Shown here in pieces: positions 35,650 through 49,518 of a DNA stretch of 64,000 nucleotides. Each line of letters opens with the position of its first letter. Position 1 is the stretch's first letter. A program made the position numbers and the translations under genes. The DNA is from Eledone cirrhosa (taxonomy: Eukaryota): NCBI GenBank assembly GCA_964016885.1, contig OZ024746.1, forward strand, positions 46,190,001 through 46,254,000. The letters run 5' to 3'. The notes beneath the pieces are model-generated. The model was not told the DNA's origin, made no database searches, and saw nothing but the letters and a program-made list of their open reading frames with translations.

Positions 35650-38600
35650 TAAATGCCATTTTGAACACTATAACAAATCTTTTTGATGTAAACTTTTGTC
35701 TTCAGGTTATCTTTAAATTTAATCCAGATTCTTTACAAACATTACAATTGCCTTTGTTGTTTTAAAATTGCTATTTGTTTTTATCTGATGCTGATGGTTA
35801 CTATGTTGAATAAACAAATATTTATGTAAACATATGACAGATTAGCTATGCCAAAATGGTGAGGGGGGGTGGAACATAGGTAGCTGTTTCTTTAATAACA
35901 ATAAATAGGATTAATTTTGTTCATATTTATTCATTCAAAACAAGTTCTAGCTGTCTGTAGTTAAAAATTGAAGCTTAAAATGTATAGACTACAATTCTGT
36001 CAAATGTACTTTTGCAGAAAGTGGGTGAAATCTGACATAGAATTCAAATAAAAAGTTTGTAGTTGTGCTAGTGAAAGTTTCATTAAAGACTAGTAATATG
36101 TACAGCAGGCTTTTAAAAATAAATTTGATTTACAGCTTATTTTAAAGTTGTTCTTATAGTTTGATAGTCAAAAAGTCTATTGTTTTTCTTTTTATTACAG
36201 AACCATACCATTGTTAACATTGTTTACTTTGACATGTTTTGTTTCAAGAAGATGAATGTCATATCTTTCAGTGTAATACTATTTTTTTTTTAGTCCAACT
36301 TGCTTTTTTTTATAAAGTTAAACAATATCTTGGAATTTGATATGATGTCATTTCAAAGACATTTCATCTTCTCTTATCTTCTATCAGCTACTATAAGATA
36401 AAAATTTATAACAAAATTGAAAATAAATTATAATAAAAAATCCTTTTTTTTATAGGAAAATATCATTTTCTGACATCTACAATGTTTCTATGATTTCATA
36501 TCTCTTAATAATAATATAAATTTCATACATTTTACGTATATAAAACCATGCATGTATAAATATATATAAAATATGTTAATTACTAAATCAATAAATGTTC
36601 ATGTTGATTAGTCTTCAAAGACCAAGGCTAGCTTTTGTAAAAGAGATGATATAGTTGATTAAATTGACCTCTGTATAATCAATATCCTGGGAGGACCAAA
36701 ACAAAGTACGCTTCATACTGCAGAACAATGTTGGACATTAAACTAAGCACTTTATTATTTCTACTAACTCACCATCAATATACATTTTGATATTAATTTC
36801 TCAAATATATACTGAATTGGTTCAGTCAACTGAAGTATTTGTCTAACACGTATTTATAGATAATAGAAGAATGAAAGTTAACCTCAATATGAGTTGAGCT
36901 CAGGATGTAGAAGGAATTAACACAATATTCTTAGGTGTTTAGACCTACACTCTCTATTGTTGCCTGTTAGGATGCTTTAATATAAGAAAAACCATCAAAG
37001 ATTATATATAAAAATTATATATTAAACCAGATATCATTCACCATTAAATATACTGATACATCTTTGCAGAGAGAACTCTTCAAGTGGGACAATAACCAAC
37101 AGCCTCTCTAGTGTTGGTGCTATGAAAATCACCCCAGTACACACTCTAAGGGCCGCCTGCCATAGAAAACATGCGAAAAGGATTGAGAGGACCTTCCAGT
37201 TACATCAATGTCATGACAACCTCTCTAGAGTGTGGTGATCTACATGATAAATGCACCTAGTACAGAGTGCAAAGTGGTTGGTGACAGGAAGGGCATCCAG
37301 CTGTCTGGGAAATCAATAGACCTGCTTCAATACTTACTGGGTCTGTGAAGACCCATCCAACCCTTGCTAGCTGAGTAAGCAAATGATGATGAGGTGGACA
37401 GTATGGTAACACTGAAGTTGAGGTTTCTGCAGATATCTGAAGTCAGTTTATTTTCAAAATGGATGAATCATTCTGTGTACATATTTGTATTAGTGTAGGC
37501 TGTCTCTGTACACAGGTTTGCCCTATGTTTTACATGTAGCAAATTTATTTACAAATTTCAATTTTATGAAAATTACCAAAACTAGAAATAGGATTTAAAA
37601 AATTAAATGAAAAAAAAGAAAAGAAATTCTAATTTGGACTCAATTAAACTATAACTATAAAACAATATATAAAATTTCAATATTCATAATCAGTCTCACA
37701 TAAGGAAATATATGGCAGCACATTTCCAATAATTGCAAAATTATCAAGCTTTGCAAACACAAGATCATTCTAAGTGGCTTATTATTACATCACATTGAAG
37801 ATATTGTTTCTACATGGGCATTCAGATGAAAACATGCAGCTGTATAAATATTTCGGTGTAAATTCCCTATGTACTATAGAAATCTGATAGAATAAGTAAA
37901 ATGTATTCATATTTATTTTACAATGTTTATTCCTCTCAATGGGCAGTACTTCAGATATTCCACACATCATTGTCTGATTAACCCTTCGATGTCAATATTT
38001 TATCTAACTGTAACCAAGAGAAATTCATTTTCCTTTCCATCTCACATTTTATATTTATTTATGATGTTTGTTTATTATTTAGATTATATTATTTGTGGTG
38101 TTTTTTGTTTAGCCCACAGCCAGCCCCCACTCTTATTGATGATGAAATATTCTTAAATCCAATTAAATAAACAAGTATTCCAATAATCGTATTTCACAAA
38201 GTACAATGTATATTATCATCATCACCAGTTAACATCCATTTTTCCATGTTAGTAAAGTGAGACGAGTTGTCCTGAAGTGAAACAAGCCAGATCAGATGAC
38301 TGTATCTTGCTCACAAAGAACTGCTTCTGGCTAGATTTCTATGGCTGGATGCCCTTCCTAACGCCAACCTCATTTACAATGTGGACTGGGTGTTTTTCTA
38401 TTGTGGCAACAAATTGACCATTTTACAGTATAGACAGGGCACTTTTTGTCATACCATCAACACAATCAGTTTACAGAGTGGACTGGGGGGCTGGGGTGAG
38501 GGAGGTGCATGTATGTCAGGTGGGTATTGGAGAGGTATGTCTAGGGTGGGGCACTTAGCTGGTGAAGGCTAGGGTGTTAGGACGTGGCTGAAGGGTAGAG

Positions 38601-38769
38601 TAATATGACATAGGTGGGTGGTGAAGTGTTAGAATGTGTGCAGTGTATGAAAGGGGGAGGAGGGGCCATACTAGAGATCACTAGAGGTATGCTTCAGTCT
38701 GTGCACACGGGAAGGTGTCTTTGGTATAAGGAAGAAATAGGTGACAAAAATTTGATGGTAAAATGATTT

Positions 38770-39650
38770 TGCTGATTTTCACCAACTTCAAATTCTGCAT
38801 AAATAAGGTGTTAAAATACCAGGAGTGATTACTTTACAAATGTTTTTCTACATTCACTATATCGTCTTTAGTTTTATTTATGCATTTCCTTGAAAATTTT
38901 CTAACAAATTTTCATAATTTGAACTTTTTAATACATAACTATCCCATATGCATACATGCTTGCATAGACGCACACATACATATTGCATGCACACATGCAC
39001 ACACACATACATGTTTTTCTCTAACTTAATACTTTTTCTTTCAATCTTACTTCTTACTTTATTTTATTTCTCTTGATCTCACCCTCTCTTTTTCTTGCTT
39101 TGCTTCTCCTCTCTCTCGCTTGCTATCTCTCCCTTCCTCGTCTACTCTGTAAATCCCTATACAATCTTCTCTTATTCGATCTCTTCGTTTCAAAATACTC
39201 ACAGCATGTGAGGAACTTGTTGAACCTGAACATAATGGAGACTCATTATGTAATGGAGTTGTGAAACAAAAACTATATTCAAAACAGCACTTAAAACATT
39301 TTAAATATCAAAATATTAAAACTTCATAAATATTTTAGCCTGATAGTGGGATTTAGAACACTGTAAAATATGGAAAAGATGAGTATTGACGTACATGGGA
39401 GTCAAACCAACATCTTTAGTTATGCTACCATGAAACCAACATGGCGAATGCTTCTATTTCTAATTTCAAACTCCCTCGCTGTTTCAAAACATCCTTACTT
39501 CATAAATATATTTTATACTCATGAAAATTTCAAAATGGCACCATTTAAACACAATGTGTTGATTAACTGCCTCAGCCTATAAATGGAGTTTGGAATTATG
39601 CTCATTTCTCAGACATAAAATAGTGGGGTGACTTATATTGAAGTAAATAC
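38770..39650. repeat. Homolog of the interior of the pogo-like element at 7833-8886
   Basis: cttcaaattct...aaataag...aaaatacc...gtgatta through ataaatgg...ttg shared with ~7930-8570. Confidence 0.7.
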
Positions 39651-40222
39651 TATATGTGAAAAGTAATTTTCTCTGATGGGTGAAAAAGCAAAGTTTATAA
39701 TAAATTATTAATCAATATAAAGAATGTTATAAGAAACAGTATGGTCTGATTTGAGAAAATCTAACTGCAGTTTCTAATAATTTAAGCAACCATACATAGA
39801 CTCATTGTTTAATTCTCACTGTGATGGTAAAGCTATCTCAAATGAAAATTGTTTTTATTAAATGTTACATAATGATTTATAGGCATAGTAGTAAGTTTAG
39901 TAGTAGACGCAAAAATGGATAAATGTTGAAATTGTGGAGGGTATTTTTGATTAACAATGACTTTTATCAATATATTTTAGGAAGTTCTAGAAATGCAAAT
40001 ACATCAAAATAGAATTACTAAAGCTGTTGCTTAAATTTCTCTTTAAATATACACTAATGTACATTTTTCACTAATGTACAACAGTAAAGCAATCTATATA
40101 TTATTCTTAACAAACCTGATTTTTATGTGTGAAAATGTGTTTTAGCATTCGTTTTATTTCCAGTGTAAGAGTAGCCTTTTGAATTCATGCAAACTAATGC
40201 AGAAAACATTTTGCTCTAATAG

Positions 40223-40282
40223 ACACTGGATGCATATGAATCTTTGCCAGATCCTGAAAGCACCATTTCCTGTCACAAGGAG
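40223..40282 (+). CDS. Candidate 60-nt phase 0/0 exon (TLDAYESLPDPESTISCHKE), unknown gene
   Basis: ttttgctctaatAG| acceptor, GAG|GTCAGT donor, open frame; no family recognised. Confidence 0.25.
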
Positions 40283-41735
40283 GTCAGTGATATTAATATT
40301 ATAAAATATTAATGAGACACTGGTCTTGATAATGTGTTAGAAGTCTTTTTAGTTTGTATGTACTGTTAATATTTACTATCTTCCAAACAGATGAAAAAAA
40401 ACATGTTATCAAGATCCACTTTGTTTTTCATTCTTCTTTGGTGATAAAATAAGTAACAATTAAGTAGTGGAGTTTATGTAATTAACAGTTCTTTGCTCAG
40501 AACGCCTATGGCTTTGTAGCTAAGATAAAAATGAATATTAAAAGAACAGATAGATAATACACTTTTTTACTATAATGTTACATAATCGTCATCCTCGACA
40601 TTTTTACATCTCTTTTTTGTCTTTCATTTTTAATGGTGATATTATTTATATGAATTTTCAAGATAGCCAGACTTCTACATATCACAATTCCTAATTTATG
40701 AAATACCAGCACATACTTTGATGGCTTGTAAAAATAGATTTGGTGTTTAATTCTGAATGGTTGTTTTCTTTTGGTTTTTATTAGTATGGACATCCAATTA
40801 TAACATTTTTCTTATCACACCCAGTAAAAGCTATTATAAAGTTTTAGTTGATTTCAAACTGCAAAAACAAATTTAAAACTATTCCCTTTGCACATGCAAA
40901 CCATGTTTTTCTAAAGTTAAAATGTTTTCTTTCTCTATTATTGGCCAGCATTAGTATGATTATTTTAGTATGCATGACAGAGCAATAGCTGTACATATAC
41001 CATCATCATTGTTGCTGTCATCATCATCATCAACAGTATCATTAAAATAAACAACAGAAACCCTATTATTTCTATTGAAAATTACTTCTTTTTCACATTC
41101 AAAACATAAATATAATTGCCAAAGCCATTCCCATTCAAAAAGAGTGTTTTATTTTCTGCATTCAAATTTATTAAATTTCACTCTAATTCAAAAAGAAAAA
41201 TGTGCCTCCAAATCTGTGTGTACCTCTATAAATAAATTTGTATCTATGCTATAGTTTTTATTTATAAAATAACTACAAAAATGATTTATTTCTAAAAATA
41301 TAAACATTTATTTAGAAATGAAATATATAGGAAAATGGTTTTGTACATGCATGCAGAGAAAATATATTTTCTTTGTAATCAAATAAATAAACAAAGCAAT
41401 GCATCTTATTGTTAATAACTATTTTAAATTGGCATATGAAAGTATATGTATGTGTTATATACAAATATTTTCAGAATAACATCTATAGACACCCTGGAAA
41501 TAAATTTATTTATACATTTATGTGCAGGCATGTCAGTTTGGTTTAAAAGTTTCCTTCACAACCATGTAATTATGCTGTGTGGAACCTTGAGCCAAGTCTT
41601 TATCTATAGCTCCAGGCTGACCAATGCTTTAGCAATTACAGAATATATTCAAATACTTTAGTGCTCCTAGGTTGGGATATATTTAAGTCGTCGTATACTG
41701 CTGCATGGTATGATGTCATCCTTTGGATCACTGCA

Positions 41736-41880
41736 TGTAGATAGCACGATAGAGATAGCACGTCTATTATCCCCGAGGAGATCATCGTTTAATAAATATT
41801 GTTTCAGTTACTGACGTCAGAACTAAGAGCAGTTAATCGACTGCCTTCACAGTCGACGCTAGATGGCGTGATCTTCTACA
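41736..41880 (-). repeat. 3' LTR (~145 bp) of the Gypsy element
   Basis: Terminal inverted hexamers TGTAGA/TCTACA and adjacent PPT; the left boundary is inferred from the terminal IR only. Confidence 0.65.
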
Positions 41881-42115
41881 TGCCCTCCCACCAGATTTTT
41901 AGAAAATTAAATGAAAATCGGTTCATCGAATCATGTATGTAGAAAAACCGATTAGCAACCAGCAAAAATCCCAAACCAAGGAGCAATCAGCCCAACCGAG
42001 TGTGAAGGGCACAACAAATTTCAAAAATACATATTAAAAAAGCATGCAAGAACGTGAAAGGAAAAAATAAATATAATAAAATGTAAATACAATTTCCTAA
42101 AAGTTCCAAAAGTCA

Positions 42116-44453
42116 CTACATGATTAAAGCACCGCACAATAGCAGTTTAAAAATATACCATGCTACACAGTTTTTTTGGCCAATGAACCCTCCGACCGGA
42201 ACGGGTCGTAGTCTTATATCTTGGTGATGGGGGGGGGGGGGGGGCAAAGACACAGGTGTGTGTGCAAAAGAGAAAGATGGGGGTGTATGTGGCTCAGGTG
42301 TGTGAGCATCTGTGTGGGCCCGTTTAAGTCTATCAACCGCAATGGTCTCTTTGGATTCCTTAATGTCTACAGTGAAATGTTTATCAGAACGAGCCAACAC
42401 ACAGTAGGGTCCAGAGTATGGTTGTTTGAGAGGTGGTCTCACAGCATCGTTTCTTATGAACACATGGGTCCACGAGGCAATATCCCTCGAGACTGCAGAT
42501 TTTACAGTTTGTTTCCTCGTATCCATCGGCGGCAGGTCCTGAAAATAAGAATGCAAACGGGATACGTAGGAAAGCGGATCTTGTGCAGCAAGATCGATAG
42601 GGGCAAGCATTTTCCCAGGCAACGCTAGAGGAGCACCATACAATAATTCGGCCGGGGAGAACCCAAGGTCCTCCTTTATTGATGACCGAATCCCCAACAA
42701 CGCAATAGGGAGGTACTCGCTCCAACACGTAGAGTCAGGAGAAGTTCGTAGAGCGGCTTTTAGTTGTCGGTGGAAAGGCTCCACCATTCCATTAGAAGCA
42801 GGATGATATGCAGTCGTTCGGATGCATTTAGCGCCGATGATTTTCGTTAATTCATGGAATAGATTCGATTCAAACTGTCTTCCATGGTCCGTTGTAATCG
42901 TGGTTGGCACTCCAAAGCGGGCAATCCATCCTGATACTAGGGCAGGCGCTATCGTTCCAGCAGTGATGTCTATCAAGGGGATGGCTTCAGGCCATCGCGA
43001 AAAACGATCAATAACAGTCAATAGATAAGTATGACCACCACTGACTGGTCAAGGTCCCACGATGTCCACATGATTGTGCCGGAAACAGGCGTCCGGTGTA
43101 CTGAACGTACCGAGCGGAGCCTTAACGTGTTTATGCATTTTCGATTTCTGGCAAGCAATGCAGAAACGGCACCAAGCAGTAATATCACGCCTCATATTTG
43201 GCCAGAAGAATCTGGCTGTTATAAGCTTTACTGTGGCAGAAGATCCTGGGTGGGAAATGCTGTGTAAAGCAAGAAACACAATACGACGATGGTTTAGCGG
43301 GACGAATGGTCTCGGTGAATCCACGGAACAACGCAGAGAATCTGTCCGTCTGCCGTGAACAATGGCAGGTATTTCAAATTACTCGTCACAAATTCGGCTG
43401 ATATAATATCCAACGATTCCAGTGCAGGTTGGTCTGCTGCCAAGTGATTTAAATCGATGTTGTGGGATGACGCAATTGAACTGATCGGCAATCGAGACAC
43501 GGCGTCAGCCGCTGTGTTCCATGAGCCTGGAATGTGTTGGATGTCATTTGTGAATTGCGAGATAAAGTAGAGATGCCTTGTTTCTCTGCGCGAGTACTTG
43601 TCGGACTTTGCCCTTAAAGCGAAGGTCAAAGGTTTATGGTCAGTATAGATTGTAAAACACCTTCCTTCGAGCATATGTGAAAAATTTTTCACGGAAAGGT
43701 AGATGGATAACAGCTCCCGGCCAAAGGTGCTGTAGCGAGTTTCTGCAGGCTTCAACTTCCTGGAGAAAAATTCCAATGGTTGTTGGTGATCGTCACTACT
43801 CTGTTATAAGACTGCACCTACTGCAGTATCCGACGCATCAACACAAAGCGAAAGCTTGGCATTGGACATTGGGTGGGCCAGCAAAGATACACTAGCCAAT
43901 GCTGATTTGGCTTTTGAAAATCCTTGAGCTGAGTCTGAGTCAAAGAGATGTCCTTATTTTTCTTGCGGCAATTTTTCAGAATCTCAGTAAGATATAAGAG
44001 TAGATTAGCACAATGCGGAACAAAACGTCTATAGAAATTTATCAGTCCTAGGAATTGTCGCAACTGACGAAGTGAGGTCGGCGGAGGCAAATCCTCTATA
44101 GCCTGAACTCGTTGAGGGAGGGGTCGAATACCCTCGGAGTCAATGACATGACCTAAAAAATTCAGTGATTCCGCACCGAAAACACATTTTGTGGTATTTA
44201 TTTGAACACTGTAATCCTTGAGTCGACAAAACAAAAGATTCAAATGACATATGTGTTCTTCTCTGGAGGAACTAGCAATAAGTAAATCATCAATATAAGT
44301 GTAGACGATGTCTAAACCACGAGTGATCTCATCCATGAACCGTTGAAAGGTGCTAGCAGCATTCCTAAGTCCGAAAGGCATGGTAAGAAATTCGAATGAT
44401 CCAAATGGAGTCGTAATGGCCGTTTTCGGAATATCTTCTTTCTTGACAGGAAT
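42116..44453 (-). pseudogene. pol: Gypsy pol (RT-RNase H-integrase), frameshifted
   Basis: RT: TAITTPFG, MPFGLRNA, YIDD. RNase H: DAS, FFSRKL, TDHKPL, ADAVSR. Integrase: HSISH...[28 protein letters not shown]. The RT-RH-IN order is Gypsy-type; split over four frames. Confidence 0.95.
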
Positions 44454-44522
44454 CAGTCGACGCTAGATGGCGTGATCTTCTACAATGCCTTTTGAGAAAA
44501 ACTTAGGTAGAGACAATCACCC

Positions 44523-44553
<31 letters not shown>

Positions 44554-47500
44554 ATATTTATCAACATTATTTTATGTTTACTTTTCATGCTGCTATGAAT
44601 TAGATAGTGCATCACAGTTTGAAACCAAAGTTTGAAGAATCGTGTTGCAGTGGTAAATGCCAATTTTGGCATGTTTTCTCTAGCTAGACTCCCATCCTAA
44701 TGCTAACCACTATACTAGATGTTGCTTTTTATCATGCCATTAATGCTAGAGAAGTTTTTTTTTATGTCCAGCAAGTCTAAAGCATTCCTGCAAACCTATA
44801 TTGATGCTACTTTACAGACTATATTACATGTATTTTATCATTGCACCAGTATAGTGATTTTGCATTGGGGCTTTCAAGATTAAAGAGTACACACTCCCTA
44901 TGTTAGTGTCCATGCATATGTGTTAGTCACTGCATGAGTCTCTATATCAACTCCATTTTCCTGGCATAGGAATAACTGCCACAAAAGTGTCTCATTAAAC
45001 CCATCATGGAAGAATGAAGGTAAATATAATGATAATGATGATGAATTTTGTCACAAGTTGAAAATTTACTCATCCTTTTTTCTTTAAATTACTTTTAACT
45101 TAGTCAACTTTACATATGAATAAATAAATTAATTAATTTGTATCTAATTATTTCATATGATGTTTTAATATACTCAAAAATTGAATCCTGAATAAGGCAT
45201 GATAAATTATTAATTAACAATATCTATTATAGTTTTAGAGAGTAAATTACTTCAGATGAAAGGTAATAGCTAATTTAGATTCAACATTTTTAATGTAATT
45301 AGCATTAAATTACTGATTTAATAACCATTTTCAATTTATTTCTAGATGAAGCCTCAGGAACTATATTAGTTTCAGGCCTACCTGCCTATGATGTCCAAGG
45401 ATGAAATTGGAACTAAAAATGCAACTATCTGGAAAAAAAAATTGCAAAGAATTTCATTTGACTCTCTGGCAGTTCCACCAATCCATTGCCGTCAATTGTT
45501 ACTTTATTTATTGAACCCAAAAAGATGAAAGACAAAGATGATATCAATGAAATTTAACCTTGGGAGTGGAGAGAAGCTGAATAAATACTGCTTTAATAAC
45601 TCTGCTATTTTGCTGCTTATTGATATATATTAATAATATTTGAATTTAGAAATTTTATTCCATTTTGTGCATATAAACCCAATTTATATAAAATATATAT
45701 AATGAATATGAACTATTCAAAAGAAACAAATCAATAGAAATCAATTAAGGAAAAAGAAAGTAGCATTGTAAAAGACTATGAGAGGAAAAGGATTATTAAG
45801 CAATGAAAGAAAGGAGGAAGGGGAGAGGGTGATAGACACAACACATAAGTTAGTGAGGTGTTCTGGTTGCATCCTGCAGATAAAATAGCAAAGGCATTGC
45901 TGCAGACAATGGCTAACAACACCCACTGCAACAACCACCCCACCTCATAGGGCTTCTTCCTCAAACAGGCTGCTATAACTCTGAATTTACAGGGAAAGTC
46001 AGCTGTATGGGGTCTGAGGATGCCTGAGATCTTGACAGTGACAGGTGCAAAGAAGAAGCAGTCAGAGAAGCCCTAGTATTTGCTTATTTACCTATCCTCT
46101 GCATTGCCGGAATCAGTACTGGGGTGTTAGGAAGGGCATCCAGCCATAAAAACCTTGGCCAAGTTTACAGTCCCGTCAGAGCAAGGTACAGTGTAGGTAA
46201 TCCTGGCCAGATGTGTCTCTCAACATGTATAATTCATCTGACCCATGCAAGCATGGAAAAATGGATGATGATGATGATGAATGTAGGATGACAAAACTCT
46301 TTCCCATGCACTTGTCCACTGTCCATGCAAAGATGATTTGAGTGTTTATGTCAAATAAATATTATTACAGTACATGACACATCTGTTTGTTAGTTGAGGC
46401 TGTGAGGAGGAGTGGGCGGTCTTCCTCTGTCTGAATGCTATGGCAAGGAAAGTGATATGGTTGTGCATTTGAAAGTCATGAAACCAGACCTTTTCCTCTC
46501 AGGAGAAGCAATCATCAGCTATTTCAAATACCACTTGAGGAAGATAGTGAGGATAGGAAGAGAACCTCTACCCTAGTAAATTTTATAAAAGGTGTGTGAA
46601 AGTAACAAAATTTACATCAGATTAAATATGTGACTGCAAGAACTGGGAGAAAGCTTTGTATTTGGTGTGTCAAGGTAATCTGGTGTTGTGTTTGAGGTAG
46701 CCCAAATCACAGTGTGGTCTCTCTCTACCATTTTGTGAATTTTTTCTTGTTTCATAATTTCCTCAGCACTGTTTGTTATATTTATTGGTATTTACTCAAT
46801 TGAACATCCACAATTGAGTCTTGCTTATTGCTTTCCTATGTATTTCACTTTCACTCTGTGCCCAACGTCTTTGGCACTTGTGTGTAACAAAATAAATTTC
46901 TACTTCAATAACCACCACTACTACTATTACCATTGATTTCAGTGAGTATTCAATTTATATCATTTTTTAACGTGTTTACATTATTTTATTCTCTGACTCG
47001 TATTTCTAAATATTGGAAACAGATGTCAGGCTAATGAAGCAAATTCCATGTTGTAAAATTCAATATTTACACGTGAATTTATAATCTGCATTAGTAACAT
47101 CTGGAAGCCAAATAGAGCTGAGACAGAGAAAATTTCCAGTATCAAAAGGTCTTTAAAAATCATGGGTCAATGTTGAGGAGGGTTCTGCAGGAGTATGGGA
47201 TTAATGGACAGCTTCTTGTTGCCTTGATGTCTCTATATGAACGCCCTAATATTTGTGTTTGAGTAAAGTCGAAACCATTCCATGTGGGTGTCAGGCTGTC
47301 ACCTCTCTTATTCATAATCTTCATGGACATGATTGACATGCACAGCTGGGAAAGCAGTCATTGAATAATTATGACATATGTGAAGTAAATGATACAATAA
47401 ATATGCTGGTGTTGGGAACAGTGATTGCCATTAATGACATTATAATAGATATTATCAAATCTTTATGCTATAAGCAAATGTTAATTTGGTAATAATTGTT

Positions 47501-48714
47501 TCCTTCAACTATTTTGGACCTATTATGTTAAATGTTCGCAAAGTAATTATTTCATTCCATTCTGACTTCTATATTTATCTGAAAAATAGTGCTAAACTTC
47601 TGGAAAGCTCCCAAAAGACATAATTGCTCAATTTCCTGTTGAGCAACTTCTCTTAACTTGCTCATTTTATTGTCCTCTCTGGTTTAGCAGAAAATAAGCT
47701 TTATGTGTCTGTAGTTACAGCTGTTGTTTCAATAGAGGAAAATGTAGTAGAAAAGACTCTTAAAATCGATTAATGTCCTTTCAGAAACTTAAGCAAGCAA
47801 AACAAAAACTCTAGTCTTTGTTAACATAAAATGTTTCATTCTTCATTTACTCTCTTGTACCTTGTACAAGTAAATTTCTATTGGCAACACTGACACTATT
47901 ACGAGAGTTTCTTGGTTTATTTTCTGTTACACAAAGTACCTTCTACCTGTACTGTAGAATTTCTTTGTAGCAGTATTTTCATCATCCTGAAATTTTTCAA
48001 TAATTATTAAGACCTCGCAATATTAATTGGCATGCCCTTCACAAGGTCTAACAGTTTTAATCATTTTAGACACACTCTTTACATGTTACTTCAATATTCA
48101 AGTTAACATGGTAGTTGCTTTAAGGTATTTAAAATATTAATTCCTATGACATCATACACTCATACATACAATCAAACAAAGAAACAGAATTATTATGGAT
48201 AAATGAAAGAACTTCTGTGTAATAGTTTGACATGATAATGAGTCAAATCTTTCTCAAAGCACTTCTTACAATTCAATTTTAAATAACACATACAATGGAG
48301 ATAAAATAATAAAGAAAATATCTAAAAAGTAATAATTCCCCACTCAAACAACTTAAAAATTGTTATTAATAAATATTCAAGGAAGTAATTTATTGAAAAT
48401 GAAATGTTTTCATAATTATGATGTTTAGTTCAGATTTTCTGATAAAATCACAATAGGACTTAATTGTAATGCTTCAATCTCAATAATATTAATATCTGCT
48501 ATTATATCTGTATTAAGTAAGAGAAATACATGACAATTTCTACTTCTTAGTATTTGACTGCTGGACATAAAGTCTTAAGATAACAATTACAAATTTAATG
48601 ATATCCAAATATAATACATTAGTAATAATTGTATTTAGCACAGCTCTAAAACTAAATGACACTTTGAAATATATTTTAGAATTATATAATTAATCATCTA
48701 TGAAGATAGAACTT

Positions 48715-49070
48715 TCTTCTTTTTCACCTACTTATTCCTGAGAGAGTCGTGGGGGCATAATCCTCAAACACTCCTTCCAATGGGTCCTGTCAGAAGCAAC
48801 CGTTTCAAACTGAATCCCAAGCGAGACCAGCCAAGCTCATGGATGTTATCCAACCATCTTGCTTGGGTTCTACTTCTGGGTTGACTGCTGGTTGGTTTTG
48901 CCCATAAAATCTGTCCAGCGATTCTTTCCTGAAATATTCTAACCCCATGCCCATAGTATCAGACCTGTGATCTCTCAATTTGGAGAAGTAGCGGCTCTAC
49001 CTGGAGTAACTGATTCGGAAGAATCCCATTTCAGCCGCTTGTATTTGTGATCATATTCTTTTGGTCATTA
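48715..49070 (-). mobile_element. 3' end of a second RTE-like LINE family; homologs at ~54270-54725 (+) and ~49845-49930 (+)
   Basis: RYYGHGVRIFQERIAGQILWAKP...RWLDNIHEL; 3' end caggaataagt(a/g)ggtgaa..aagaag shared with the 54270 copy. Confidence 0.7.
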
Positions 49071-49323
49071 GCAATGAACCTATTTCCTGAAATTTGGATC
49101 ATAAATTGAATATTTATTCTTTATGTTACTTTATTGTTTTACATATTGATGACACACCAGCAATAGTTTGTGAGTTGTCAGCCTAGATCTCATTTCTGAT
49201 GATGTGCTTCAAATTCAACCTTTTCTTACTTATCTAAATCCAGGAAAAAGATAACGAATGGATTTAAAAAAAGTATTTTCATATTCCTGAAACTTTGAAA
49301 AACTACTTTTACAGTTGGATATA

Positions 49324-49518
49324 CCGTATATACTCAAATATAAGCTGATCCAAATATAAGCTAAGCTGACCCCCACCTATTTTATGCCTATTTTATGTTG
49401 ATTAGCTGATGCAGCAAATCAACACATAGTTTAGATGATGTAGATAAGACCCCTTCCCATTTTTTGCCATCAATTTTTTGGGGTCACATATTCTTCAGCT
49501 TATATTTGAGTATATACA
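49324..49518. mobile_element. Short pogo/Tigger-like MITE, deletion derivative of the 7833-8886 family (opposite orientation)
   Basis: TA-CCGTATATACTCAAATATAAGCTG ... CAGCTTATATTTGAGTATATAC; subterminal sequence matches 7833-7910. Confidence 0.8.

Larger units (their letters stand above)
41736..44484 (-). mobile_element. Ty3/Gypsy LTR retrotransposon, internally deleted
   Basis: 3' LTR 41736-41880 (TGTAGA...TCTACA); PPT-like CTGGTGGGAGGGCA at 41881-41894; only the first 31 bp of the 5' LTR remain (44454-44484 = 41850-41880), fused to mid-RT. No clear TSD. Confidence 0.88.

Noticed and set aside
42221-43895. Plus-strand and alternative-frame ORFs over the Gypsy pol
   Set aside because: Antisense or frame shadows of the pol coding sequence.
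44450-44460. LTR-RT fusion as a spliced-RNA product
   Set aside because: The junction does not fit GT-AG boundaries, and loss of the PBS would prevent normal replication.
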